64,000 nt of DNA from Paraspadella gotoi (lineage: Eukaryota; Animalia; Chaetognatha). The stretch covers positions 5,227,210-5,291,209 of the forward strand of contig JBJCIZ010000239.1 of NCBI GenBank assembly GCA_051294375.1. The letters are read 5' to 3'. The first letter of the stretch is position 1; every line of letters begins with the position of its first letter. The notes beneath the pieces were generated by a model. That model was not told the origin of the DNA, searched no databases, and saw nothing but the letters and a program-made list of their open reading frames with translations. Below are positions 1-16,930 of the stretch, piece by piece. Both the position numbers and the translations under genes were made by a program.

Positions 1-2234
1 CTTGTTTTGTTTCAATTTTTTTTTTGTTCCATAACTTTCTTTTCTGTTTATAAACCGCGGTACGAATCGTAGGTCATAATTTTTCTGACAAACAATTTTC
101 TGACAGAAGTTCCGACGNNNNNNNNNNNNNNNNNNNNNNNNNNNNNNNNNNNNNNNNNNNNNNNNNNNNNNNNNNNNNNNNNNNNNNNNNNNNNNNNNNN
201 NNNNNNNNNNNNNNNNNNNNNNNNNNNNNNNNNNNNNNNNNNNNNNNNNNNNNNNNNNNNNNNNNNNNNNNNNNNNNNNNNNNNNNNNNNNNNNNNNNNN
301 NNNNNNNNNNNNNNNNNNNNNNNNNNNNCGGGAAGAAACAGAAGAAAACACTGAACGAAACAAGAATACAAAAACAAAGACAATGAGAGAAAAGAATAAA
401 TATGAATGTTATAAATGTTTATGTAATTGGTAAAATAAATATCCATTTATTTAATAAATACGCTTTCTTGCCCTATACTTTGGACAGGCCTTGGTGGTTT
501 AGGGTCTCCATCATGACGAGGGTAGCAGTGCATTAACAAACAAAAACTATACAATAGCTTACAAAATCGTGTATATTTTTCATTATTTCACGTGAAAATA
601 AAAAAAAAATACTTAGCATTGTACTACCGTAGCACCGTAAGGTGATAAATTTAAAGAAAATATTAAAAAAATGATAACATCAGAAACGATAATAAAATAA
701 TATAAAGAAAATAAACCAATTAAAACAAACAAACAATAAAAAATAAAAAAGCACAAACAACGATCAATACGAAACGGACCGAGCGCTACTAAATTAAATC
801 CGATCCGAATTATGCAAATGAGATTTTTGGAGATTCTTCTGATTTTGTCGGCCGAAATACGTTAATCGAATTCGACCCGACGGGGTGGCGGCCGAAGGAA
901 AGGGGAGGAAGAAAGCGTCGGCAACTTGTCGGTATGTCGCCGTTGTTGTTGAGGGTTTCTTGTCAAGAAGAAATTACAGACAATGACAAGCAATTGGTAC
1001 AAGCGATGTCAAAAGTACCATAACAATAACATAACAATATAAAATCTTTAATCTTGTATTGTAATGATGCTCCCTTTTTTTTCCAGGAGTCAACACTTAC
1101 GTCCCATACATTATTAAATATGAAAGAAATAATAATTAAATATAATACATAGTGAAATATATCAAAATTATTTAGTCTTATTTAGTCTAATATAGTAAAA
1201 CAAGTAACCTTGAANNNNNNNNNNNNNNNNNNNNNNNNNNNNNNNNNNNNNNNNNNNNNNNNNNNNNNNNNNNNNNNNNNNNNNNNNNNNNNNNNNNNNN
1301 NNNNNNNNNNNNNNNNNNNNNNNNNNNNNNNNNNNNNNNNNNNNNNNNNNNNNNNNNNNNNNNNNNNNNNNNNNNNNNNNNNNNNNNNNNNNNNNNNNNN
1401 NNNNNNNNNNNNNNNNNNNNNNNNNNNNNNNNNNNNNNNNNNNNNNNNNNNNNNNNNNNNNNNNNNNNNNNNNNNNNNNNNNNNNNNNNNNNNNNNNNNN
1501 NNNNNNNNNNNNNNNNNNNNNNNNNNNNNNNNNNNNNNNNNNNNNNNNNNNNNNNNNNNNNNNNNNNNNNNNNNNNNNNNNNNNNNNNNNNNNNNNNNNN
1601 NNNNNNNNNNNNNNNNNNNNNNNNNNNNNNNNNNNNNNNNNNNNNNNNNNNNNNNNNNNNNNNNNNNNNNNNNNNNNNNNNNNNNNNNNNNNNNNNNNNN
1701 NNNNNNNNNNNNNNNNNNNNNNNNNNNNNNNNNNNNNNNNNNNNNNNNNNNNNNNNNNNNNNNNNNNNNNNNNNNNNNNNNNNNNNNNNNNNNNNNNNNN
1801 NNNNNNNNNNNNNNNNNNNNNNNNNNNNNNNNNNNNNNNNNNNNNNNNNNNNNNNNNNNNNNNNNNNNNNNNNNNNNNNNNNNNNNNNNNNNNNNNNNNN
1901 NNNNNNNNNNNNNNNNNNNNNNNNNNNNNNNNNNNNNNNNNNNNNNNNNNNNNNNNNNNNNNNNNNNNNNNNNNNNNNNNNNNNNNNNNNNNNNNNNNNN
2001 NNNNNNNNNNNNNNNNNNNNNNNNNNNNNNNNNNNNNNNNNNNNNNNNNNNNNNNNNNNNNNNNNNNNNNNNNNNNNNNNNNNNNNNNNNNNNNNNNNNN
2101 NNNNNNNNNNNNNNNNNNNNNNNNNNNNNNNNNNNNACAGAGACAGAGACGCCTTCGACCTTTTCTTCTCGAATTAAATTCTTCTCACATCGAGAATTCG
2201 TCGTCAAAACGAATTCCGAGTCACGTGAGAGATA

Positions 2235-2350
2235 TGACGTCGAACCGAACGGTTTTGACGTAATTTGACATCGATTTTGACGTCATTAGATGCCGATGGA
2301 CGTGACGTTACTTTCCGATATTTGACGTTATTTGAGATCATTTGACGTCA
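2235..2350. promoter_or_regulatory. Cluster of six CRE/ATF-like TGACGT sites (putative)
   Basis: TGACGT at 2235, 2256, 2278, 2303, 2323 and 2343; two are full TGACGTCA palindromes (2278, 2343). Function is not demonstrated. Confidence 0.3.
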
Positions 2351-3049
2351 TAGTGTGCTATAGAGGGGGTTGTGATTGCAAAGGGATGTAACTAGCTTTG
2401 AGCGACGATTACCCAACACGACGCCGCCACGACGCCAACCGACGCCGCTAGACGCCGCCACGAAGTCCATCATACTTCCATCGTACCATCCGCTCCAACA
2501 AAAATCCCGATTTAGCGAACTTTTTTCTCTCCTTTGCTTTTATCGTCGCGATTTAACGAAGTTCGACTCACGAAAAAAAGAATCGAGAGAGAGAGAGACG
2601 GAAAATCCGATAATCGAATTGAGAAATTATGTGAGGAGGGGAGAAGATGGGGGGGGGAGCGAGAGCGAGAGGGAGAATGGGGAGGGAGAGGGAGAGAGGG
2701 AGAGGGAGAGAGGGAGAGAGAGAGAGAGAGATAAGAGTTTCGACTCGCAAAAATTTTTGCCAATCAAAGCGAACTGCGAATCTCGATATCGATCGCAAGC
2801 AATGGCAATCAGCTTGATTGCTTGTTATCTCCGTAGTCATCATCATCCATTGACAACAACCGCAATTCGACAACCACTAAATTTGTTTTCTCCAAATATT
2901 TTCCCAATGTTCCAAATGTTTTAATATTTAAATTGACAATTCAATGTCTTCCGTTTAAATTATAATTTATTTCCCCCCCCCTTCCCTTCCCCTCTCCTCC
3001 CCTCCCTGTTTTTCTTTTCCTTTCCCGAAATTCCACAAATGAATCCCAA

Positions 3050-3445
3050 ATCATCTACAACCATCCAAAACCTGTCATAACCACCCACAACTGTCGACAA
3101 CCACCAACCACACGTACATTTACCCACAATCGACTCAAAACTACCCACAAATACACTCAACCACCAACTACAACCTACTTATACCCACAATCTAATCAAA
3201 ACTACCCACAATCCACCCACAACTGTCGACAACCACCAACCACTCATTCCTTTACCCACAATCTACTCAAAACTACCCACAACTACCCACAACTACCCTC
3301 AACCACCAATTACCATCCACTTATACCCACAATCTATTCAAAACTACCCACAACTCACCACAACTACCCTACCACAACAACCACCCCCTTCTACCCACAA
3401 TCCACCCACTAACCCTACCCACAATCCACCCCCCACCACCCACAA
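3050..3445. repeat. Degenerate C/A-rich repeat (CTACCCACAA core) immediately upstream of a KIF26 exon
   Basis: Many ACCCACAA / CAACCACCAAC words, with a higher-order repeated block CCCACAACTGTCGACAACCACCAACCAC at ~3084 and ~3216. Confidence 0.8.
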
Positions 3446-3452
3446 ATCAAAG

Positions 3453-3674
3453 ACCAAAGTTCTTCTCCGCGTCTGTCCCGATCCTCCCCCCACCGCCCCC
3501 TCCTCCTCTTCCTCCTCTTCCTCCTCGGACCCTTTCCTCTTCGTCGACCCGCGAAAGCGTCAAGTGACCATCTACGATCCTTCTTACGGCGTCATGGGTC
3601 CGCGCAGGCGCGCCGGCGTCGCGGCGCCCAAGATCTTCGCCTTCGACGCCATCTTCTCGGCGGACAACGCTCAG
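3453..3674 (+). CDS. KIF26: KIF26-like (kinesin-11 family) motor domain, first exon seen in window
   Basis: AG|ACC...CAG|GTAGAG, 222 nt, phase 0-0. Translates TKVLLRVCPDPPPTAP(S)nDPFLFVDPRKRQVTIYDPSYGVMGPRRRAGVAAPKIFAFDAIFSADNAQ, matching the KIF26 motor N-terminus (VKVMLRI..DPRKKQVTLYDP..PKMFAFDAVF). Not in the ORF track. The acceptor context is C/A-rich rather than a classic pyrimidine tract. Confidence 0.88.
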
Positions 3675-5285
3675 GTAGAGTGGAGGGAAGGGGGGTAGTT
3701 GGGGGGCGGGGAAGGGAGGGTTGTTGTTGTTGTTGTTCTTGTTGTTAGGTTTTCCATCCCTCGGTTACATGATAATAAAATAACAATCTATAGTTAGCCT
3801 TCCTTATTAATCAAATATGGTGATGCTTGTTTGAACTGTTTCAAGCATTCACGTACAATGATTATGGAGTCGATGACGACGATGACAAGGACGACGATGA
3901 CGACGACGACGACGACGACGACGAAGAATAGAGAATAAATGATAACGTCGACGATAACTACTACGTTGATAAACATGCTAAATCTAATGATGTCTATAAT
4001 CTCATTTGCATATTTCAGTTATTAAACGACGATAATGAGAAAGACGAAGGAAACTACGATGATAATGACGAAAACGAGAGTAACAGATCACGTTGATTAC
4101 GATGACCAAAATGCTTAATATTTGAAGGTCCATAATCTCATTTGCATATTGCAGTATTTTAAAAACCTTTAAAAAATATTAAAAGCCGTTTTCTGATTCG
4201 CTGTAAAAAAAATTATGAGTTTAACTATATGATATTTACCAATAAGATATAAAGGTTAACTAAAAAAATTTTTGTGATAACTTTCTATATTAAATATTCG
4301 TTGTTAGTTTATTTTCAACAAATTTCAATGGAGGGCTTCGCGCTTTCAATTATAAAAAAACTGCGGACCATCGGTTTAGTAGATTCCGACTCTATAATTC
4401 ACTTTAAATGACTTATCTGATTAGCTGTTATTTGAAGGGCTCTTTATGAGAGCCTAGAAATCCGGTGGCCTTCGAAAAATATATGCAACTCAAGCTATGT
4501 GATCGTGGGTAACGTCGAAGTTGAATATATAAGTGTCATATATTGTAGAGACGTTTTGAGTCTCCACGCTTTGCGGACCTTCTTCGAGGGTGTCGTCCGT
4601 CGAGGAAGGGGTTTTGACGAGAGTCTTGACTATTTCTTAAGAAATCGATAAGACGAGTTCAAAAACGGTAAAACTTGTATTTTCTTCGTCACGCAAGACG
4701 AAGCAGACGTGACATAAATGGTAGCAAAAGCCAAAGACTCGTAAAAACAACGTTTAATAACGAGGGACGTTTCTTCAAAATTGATTGAAAAGCCAGTCAC
4801 AAAAATTGATAAAAGAAACATTCGAATATCGGCCAAAATCACGAAAGAGGGAGAGAGAGAAATGACCACTAAAAAGTTCACGGATCACGAGGCGAATTTC
4901 TCTTCATATATGTTTGGTACTCTGGAAGTGATTTAATGAAACTGTGAGAAAGTCTCGATAAAAAGCTTGTTTGATTAAACCACCACGGCCTCTCCAGAGT
5001 CTGGGGCAAGATAGCTTAATTATTAAAAGAATAGATAATTTCATATTGGTTGTATCAATTTCAAGTATAATGAAAGCGACTGTAAAAACTTAAAGAGAGA
5101 TGAGAAAATTTAACGAAGCTTTTCTTTATTTTTTTTCGCTTTATGACAGCTAGAAAGCTTTGAATATTTATCATTTTTCGCAATAGCATCCGGTATCGTC
5201 GTCGTTACCCTTGTTGTCGTCATTGTCGACGTTGTCTTCGTCTTCGTCGATGTCATTGTCGTCTTCGTCATCGTCATCGTCGTCT

Positions 5286-5326
<41 letters not shown>

Positions 5327-5429
5327 TGTCGATCGCCAGACTGTGACGCCGTAAAGATTCTGCGAAGCTTCGACCGTCGCTGTTCGGCGTAGCGAGAGAG
5401 AGAGAGAGAGAGAGAAGGAGAGAGAGAGA

Positions 5430-5477
<48 letters not shown>

Positions 5478-6345
5478 GAGAGAGGGAAAGAGGAGAGAGA
5501 GAGAGGTAAGGGCCGCATAATTATTCGAATAATACTTATTTTCGTCTCTAGTATGTTTGTCTTGACTGTTGTCTTCTCTCTGGTTCAGTCTGTCTGTATT
5601 TTCGGATGTCTCCCTTTTATGTTATAAAATATAACATAATGTAGAGGCACAAGTAATTTTATAAGTTTCAGACTTTTTCAATTCCTGCTTTCTTCACATC
5701 AAGCTTTTCCTTTAATAATTACTTAAGTTAAATAATTTTCTTCTTCGTCGTCGTCGTCTTCGTCGTCATCATCATCGTCGTCGACGTCATCGCCGTCGTC
5801 ATCGTCTTCTTGTTTGTCCTTTTGTTTGTTTTCTCTTTTTCCTCTTTTCGTCTCCTTTTTTTCCTCAGTCATCAACTTTCAATCATCGGAGATTCCGCCG
5901 AAAAAAAACTCAATTTCCCGTCTTTCTCTCTCCTCTCCTCTATTCTCTCTGCTCTCTTCGTCTCGTCCGTCTCTTCTCTCTGCTCTCTTCTCTCGCCTCG
6001 CTGCTCTCTCTCTCACCCCCCGCCCCCCCCTCTCTCTCTCGCACCGTCTCTCTCCTCCTCTCTCGTCACTTCCTGTGTTGTCATAGGTGACTCACGTCTT
6101 TTTTTTCCCGCCAATTGATCTCCCGTGCTTTTTCTTCGTCTCTATCGAAGTCGGTTCTTTTTTTTGTGGAAACGAGGAAAGAAGATCGGAGGAAAGGGAG
6201 GAAAGGCCGGGAAAAGGGAAGGAAGGAAAGGAAAGGGAAAGAGAAGGGAAGGAAAGAAGAAGGAAAGGGAGGAAAGGAAAGAAAGAAGTCAATTTTGAAA
6301 TGATAGTGATAATAATAAAAAAGTGGAGACCAAAAAAAGATAATT

Positions 6346-6434
<89 letters not shown>

Positions 6435-7143
6435 AGAAAGAAACAAACAAACTAATAAACACTGAAAAAAAAACACGATATAAACAAACAAAAGTAAAAC
6501 CTGCAAAGAAAATATAAAAGAAGCAACTTGTCTTTTCTTTTTCTTCCTTCCAAAAATTCTGTACAAAAAATCTCCAGGGATTTGTTGATGTCAAGGATCC
6601 GTCCAAGGTTTCGATAACGGAAGAGGGTCAGGATAGGGCAAAGACTTGGGAAGGGAATTAGGATAGGGTTAGGAGTTGGATAGGTCTGAGGTTACCACCC
6701 GGACATGTTGAGTGTAGGTTTAACAACGAAAAGTATTTTTTTTTTATAGGATTAGTTTTTCTATTCCCATTTCGCGAATACAACGTAAATGAATCAAACC
6801 AAATTGTGCAATGATCTTCCTAACCAGAAGTTCCACATTGGAGACAATCACGTGACTGAGAAAAAACTTCACGTGAATAGTGAAAGGGGGAAAAATATCA
6901 CGCGAAATCAAGAATCACCAAAGTTTCAAATCTCGGGGTAAATCAAAGGGTAAGGTTAGATTTTTTTTTTCGAGGGACACCGCGGCTTTTGAAAAAGGTG
7001 AGGAATAAAGGTCAGGGACTCAGGGTTACGTTGGGTCGGGTGGCGGATTTCGATTCGAGCCTCTTGGTTTTTCTTCGGCGAAATTATAGATTATGGTTGT
7101 TTTTTTTTTCCGGCGGGTTCTGTCGGAAGTTAAAAGCTGGGGG

Positions 7144-7448
7144 CACATTGAAGCCATAGTAAGGTGGACAGCATAAAATTTCATACAGCCTCGCTACCCA
7201 GCTGTAACCACTACACATTGAAGCCATAGTAAGGTGGACAGCAGAAAATTTCATACAGCCTCTCTACCCAGCTGTAACCATTACACATTGAAGCCATAGT
7301 AAGGTGGACAGCAGAAAATGTTCAATACAGCCTCGCTACCCACAGCTGTAACCACTGTACACTCATGAAGCCATAGTAAGTGGACAGCAAAATTTCATAC
7401 AAGCCTCGCTACCGCCCGCCAGCGTAACCACTACACATTAAGCCCATT
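7144..7448. repeat. 70-bp minisatellite, ~4.3 copies
   Basis: Unit CACATTGAAGCCATAGTAAGGTGGACAGCA(T/G)AAAATTTCATACAGCCTC(G/T)CTACCCAGCTGTAACCA(C/T)TA starts at 7144, 7214 and 7284, then degrades. Confidence 0.95.
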
Positions 7449-8631
7449 CTTTCGTCCTCTTTTTCTCCTTCCCACGCGAGATTTCGTTCTGTCTCTCTTT
7501 TTCTCTGCTTTTAATATTCTCAGTTTGTATTGTCTCCTCTTCTTTTTTCCTCGTTTGGTTTTATTGAGAAACATTTTTTTTTTCAATGATCTCATTTTTA
7601 TCCAGCATTTTTTTATCCTCTTGGTTTTTTAGACTTTCTTTTCAAAGTTAGAAGAAAGAAAAAGTGTGTTTATACTGCTCTAAAGATTTGGTGTCCTAGG
7701 CTTTTTTTTCCTCTCTCTCTCTCCCTCTCCTCTCTCCATCTCGTCCTCTCCTCTCTCTCATCTCTGCTCTCTCTCACTCCTCTCTCCTCTCGTCTCTCTC
7801 TCGATTCCAATTCAATGACCTTCGATCTTGACAATCCACGCGTCATACTTCACTCAGATATTTGTCACCTTTTTGGCGCCCTTCTCCTCTTACTCCTCCT
7901 CCTTCTCCTCTTCCTCCTCCTCCCTCACCTCCTCATCTTTTTCTGACCACCACGCCCTCTTTGGGAGAGAATCTTGACGCCTCTCGAAGCCAGGAGGTGG
8001 CGATTTTAGCGTCACGTTTTCTCCGCTACGTTTTTGGACGCCAAAGCGGTCCGCAGGTCTGTTGCTGGGACCCGTGAAAATGAACTCCGGACATCACAGT
8101 GAATTTAGCGTCGGTTTTAAAAGTCTCTCTCTCTCTCACCAAAGCCTGTCTAAAGTCAGGGGAAAGAAAGCTTATTTATCAAATACTATGTGTATTTGTT
8201 TCTATTTTTCACATGGATCATACACTTTTTGTCTTCGTTTAATCCTACGCTCTTCTTTTTTTTGGTTTTCTCTCCCTTGTTTTTTAGATGCGCCGCGTAT
8301 ACTCGCGGAGGAACTCTATAAGTCACTTTTCGGTCGGTCGGTATATCTGTCCAACGGTCTGTCCCACTTACGGAAAAAATGCTCATAACTTACCTATCTT
8401 GATCTTTTATTAAGACATGAAAAAAGATCTAAGAGACTGCAAGCGGCGCCTTTAAGAAATTTTAAAATTATAAAGAATAAGATACGGATTTCCGATGCAG
8501 TGTATGACATAAATACAAATACAAAATAAAGACGTTTGTGAAAAGATAGTCACTGCGGAGCAACACATTGGATGGACCCATCTTGTTTTTGTCCTTTTTT
8601 CTTTTTTCTTTATGACTTTTGGCGTCTCTCG

Positions 8632-8656
8632 NNNNNNNNNNNNNNNNNNNNNNNNN
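8632..8656. other. Exactly 25-N assembly gap (others at 13927-13951, 45132-45156, 61037-61061)
   Basis: Counted directly. All four lie in or near duplicated, indel-rich sequence, unlike the variable-length N runs elsewhere. Confidence 0.9.
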
Positions 8657-9509
8657 CCGATAGCATGGAAAGGGCGGGGGGGTAATGGGGCTAAGAAAGG
8701 GAGGGCAGGCCAGAGAGCTGGCGGTTTCTTTCCCCCCCCCGCGCTTAGTGCGCTTTGCCCTAAAAGTCAAGAATCCATATTTTCTTGTCGCCGGGAATCT
8801 TTGCCTCTAATTCCTACGAATCATGTGGTTGGAGCAAGCGTCTGTACAGGGGGTGAGTAGGATGAGAGAGAGACGAGAGAAGAGAGAGAGAGAGGAGCTA
8901 CGAAGAGAGGTACGTACGAGGAGAGGAGAGAGGAGGGAGAAGAGAGAGAAGGTAAATGAGAAAGAGCTGGTAATACAAACGGGAAGACAATGAGAGGCTT
9001 AAGCCAGGAGAGGAGAAAGAAGAGAGGGAAGAGACCGCAGAGAGGAGAGAGAGAGAGGAGTTAGCCAGTCAGAACGAGCAGACACCAAGACAAGAGATTT
9101 AAGCTGTCCAAAAAATATTAAAAAGGGTAAGACGAAGCGTTCACTTTTGATTTTGAAAAGTTGTTCTCTAAGGAGAGAGAGAGGAGAGAGAGAAGAGAGG
9201 GGTAAAGGAGAGAGAAGAGATGGAGGAGAGAAGAGAAGGACGAGGAATGAGAAGACGAAGAAAACAGAAAGAGAAGAGAGAGACGAGAGAGAGAGAGAGA
9301 CGGCGAGCAGAGAGGCAGCAAGAGAGAGACAGACAGGAGAGAGAGCCAAGATCAAAGGGGGCCTTCTGGATAACGTGTTTCCTCCTCGTAAGTTGTGAGC
9401 ATCGAAGATCAGATTTTGACAGTTAGCGTTCAACACTGAGGGGAGAGAGAGTAGAGAGGAGAGAGAAGTAGAGAGAGGAGAGAGAAAAGATAGAGAGGAG
9501 AGACAGAGA

Positions 9510-13520
<4,011 letters not shown>

Positions 13521-13689
13521 TTTTTTTTCTCCCCTTATCTCTTTTCTTTTAACTCACCCAAAATTTCCCTACTTTTTTGGTTTCAAGCGAAACACACGGC
13601 ATCTGCCAAAAAAATAAATAAAACAAGCGAGGGAGAGGAAAAGGGATCATAATCTCATTTGCATATTGCGGTCTTTTTCCTCCGATTTT

Positions 13690-13750
13690 TTTTTTAGCCC
13701 GAAGCCATCATAAATTCGGGCCTTCCTCTCTCTCTGTCTCTGTCTCACTA

Positions 13751-13846
<96 letters not shown>

Positions 13847-14290
13847 CGCTCATATTGGAAGACACTCATGATCCTCTTCCTCGGTTGGCTTTTTATTTTA
13901 GGATCAAGAGGAAATAGAGAGAGAGANNNNNNNNNNNNNNNNNNNNNNNNNATATACATACTTCTTTTGGTTCATGGCCGACAAGGCATCTTATATATAT
14001 TATATATCAATACATAGAGGAGGATTATCTAGGCAATTAGTTGCGTCCTTTGTTCCTCCAGCTTTTTTTAGCTCCCGTAAGCCATCATAAATATCGTAGG
14101 TAGCTTCCTCTCTCTCTGTCTCTTGTCTCAACTATCGCTCTCTCTCTCTCTCTGCTCACTGCTCTCTCTTCTCTCTCCGCAATTTCTCTCCTATCCGCTC
14201 CTCTGCCATATTGGAAGGACGACTCGTCGCTAATTCTTCATCGGATTTGGCTTTTATTCATTAGGATCAGAGGAGATAGAGCAGAGAGAC
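13690..14290 (+). repeat. Short direct duplication (~240 bp) straddling the 25-N gap at 13927-13951
   Basis: AAGCCATCATAAAT..CTTCCTCTCTCTCTGTCTC..CTATCGCTCTC..CATATTGGAAG..TTGGCTTTT..TAGGATCA occurs at ~13700-13920 and again, noisier, at ~14080-14280. Confidence 0.85.
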
Positions 14291-15798
14291 GAGAGTGAGA
14301 CAGAGAGGAGAGAGAGAGAGACGGACCCGACTATCCGTGTCTTCCAAGGATTTATGTAGCTATAAAACTATTTTCGAGATGGGAGGGAATTGATTTATGT
14401 GTCGCTGGCGGCGGGGGGTAGAGAGACGACGAGTAGGAGAAGAAGAGCAGAGGAAGAGAGAGAGAGAGAGAAGAATTGGGAGCGGATAAGGAGCGAAACC
14501 AAAACAAAATGGTGTAGTTAAGGAGCGACAAAACAGCTTAAGAATGAGAAGAAGAGGAGCGGAAAATAGTGGAGCCGAAATTTTGGTTCGATTCTTTTTT
14601 TATTATCAATAATAGAACATAAAAAAATAGTAACAGTCACAATAAAAGTGTAAATAGATCGGAACAGATAAAAACTATACTGATAACATGAAAAATAACA
14701 AAATACACTACTAAGAGAAAAGATGGAAAAAACGTGAGTTGCTCGCCAATATTTTAGAAGCAGGAGAAAGTTGGTTTCGGAATAAAGCACATTTCTTCAT
14801 GAAGCAAAACAGGAATGTAAGACTATGCTTTAATTGGTAACATATGCTATCGATAATCTATTAAAATAATACATTGTTTTTAATATTACAATCTTAACTG
14901 TATGCAAGACTGACTGTGCCAGAAAGGTGAAATGGAACATCATGCTACTATATGCAAATTAGATTTAAGTATGAATTCGTGAATCTTTTATTAACAGCGA
15001 AGTAGGGTTACGGGGGACAGACGGTGAGGTTGAATCGGTTGGTGAAATTGAGTGGGAGTGGTTGAGTCGATGGGGGGGGGGGAAAGGTTAATAGAATCTC
15101 CCCAGGAGACGAAGTTGAATCAACGACAAAAAGAGGATCCGTTTAAAAAATAAAACAAAAGGCTAAACGCCGACGATAAGGGAAGACGACGATGAAGACG
15201 ACGATAAACGACGACGATGAAGACGACGACGATGATGACGACGAGGATTACGAGAGACAACGAAGACGACGACAATGATGACGAAAGAAATGATGAAGAC
15301 GATGAAGACGACGACGATGACGACGATAAAGCTGGCGAAGGAAAAGATGACGACGACGACGACGACGAAAGCGCCTACGACTATGAAAGCCACAACAACG
15401 ACACTGATGACAAAAACGACAATGACGACGACAGGCAACGACGATGATGACGACAATGAAGTCGTTAATCCAGAATTAAGGCTTTAGGACGGACCTTGAC
15501 CAAAATGTTTAAACTGTTGTCTTTCGATAAATTATACTTATAAATTTGTTTTCTTTCGCTTAACAATTACTGTTTTGTAATATGGATGGCTGCATTAACA
15601 CAAACTAGCCTATTCAAAGTTGGGGACAAGACAGTCTGTCAATTAAATACATAGATCATTTATTATCGTTATTAAAAATTTCATATTTTGTCTCTCGTCT
15701 CCTCAGTTATAATAAATAGATTGACGGGTCTGTTCCCAGACACTTACCCTTTTTCAATCGATTCCTCACCTCGGTTACTTCTCCTTCTTTCCCTCCAG

Positions 15799-15892
15799 AG
15801 CGAGATCTGCGCTGCTGCCCTCTCCGACCTCCTGCGCTGCGTCGTCGGCGGGACCGACGCTGCGCTCTTCTCCTACGGCTACGCCAATATGG
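15799..15892 (+). CDS. KIF26: KIF26-like motor exon (up to the P-loop)
   Basis: CCCTCCAG|AGC...ATG G|GTGAG, 94 nt, phase 0-1. SEICAAALSDLLRCVVGGTDAALFSYGYANMG matches the KIF26 segment EVC..DV..SVV.G.DGC.F.FGHA.LG and continues in frame from the 3453-3674 exon. Confidence 0.92.
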
Positions 15893-16881
15893 GTGAGTTT
15901 AGTAAAAAAAAATGGCGCAATCGTTGCGTATTTATTTTCATATTTTTTTATTTATAATATATAATGTATTAATATATATTTTTCTTTATTTATGCGAACT
16001 ACTGCTATATAAAGTTATTTTAAATAACACTTTAAATATTCTAAATTTTAATTATTAAAAATAAAAATTTACCGACGTCTACGATCCCTTTACTAAAAAT
16101 GTCACTGAAGTGGCGCAGCAAGATTAAACCAACTTACCGCCAACCGCAGAATGAACGGTTGAACTTTCATGTGCTCGAGTACTAAGTTCTTGGCCGCCGC
16201 GTAAAAAACTTTCGTAAAACACGATCTTCTTAAATGTGGTTGTCTGGACTTTTATCTGTGATTCTTACTCTCGGCTCTCACCTCTTTTCCCTCTTTTTCT
16301 TTCTTTAAACAACCTAACAACATGCAATACATACCGAATAAATATAAATATAGTTTCCAGTTTTAAAATCTTTCAAAATGCGAACGTGGTTTTTGTCTCT
16401 TATTTTCATCATGTTGTATGTCCTAAACTTTTTTTTTTTAATTCTTTCTTTTATTTTTTTCTAATCCCCCCAATCTTTTTTGTTCTTTTTATCATGTTAG
16501 TTTTCTTGCCTCTTTATATCCGGCGTCTCCTATTTCTAGGCGGCCTGCGACGCAGACAGAAACCAAAGGAACAATCAAAAGTGTTTATTTGAGTCATGAC
16601 CGTAAAAACTAAGGGATCGTACGGGGGGTAATCTCTTTCCGAAGTCTCGACAGACCGACGCCACACAGCCAGAGAGCAAGAGGAGAGAAGAGAGAGAGGA
16701 GAGAGAGAGGAGAGAGAGAGACGAGGAGATGAGAGAGAGAGAAGAGAGGAGAGAGAGGAGAGTAATGATTCGGGTTCGTGTTAAACATTGAAAAGTGGAA
16801 AAATGGGAAGCTGAAAATAAACAATGGAAAATGAAATTGATCACGGAAGAAATGGAGAGAGAGAGCAGACGAAGAGAGGAA

Positions 16882-16930
<49 letters not shown>

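Noticed and set aside
7144-7448. CRISPR-like appearance of regularly spaced repeats
   Set aside because: Units are repeated head-to-tail with no unique spacers, there are no cas genes, and the context is eukaryotic.
15163-15487. Asp/Glu-rich ORF resembling an acidic protein (similar tracts at 5171-5330 and 55432-55548)
   Set aside because: These are degenerate (GAC/GAT)n repeats open in several frames on both strands; they are intronic or UTR and have no splice sites linking them to either gene.
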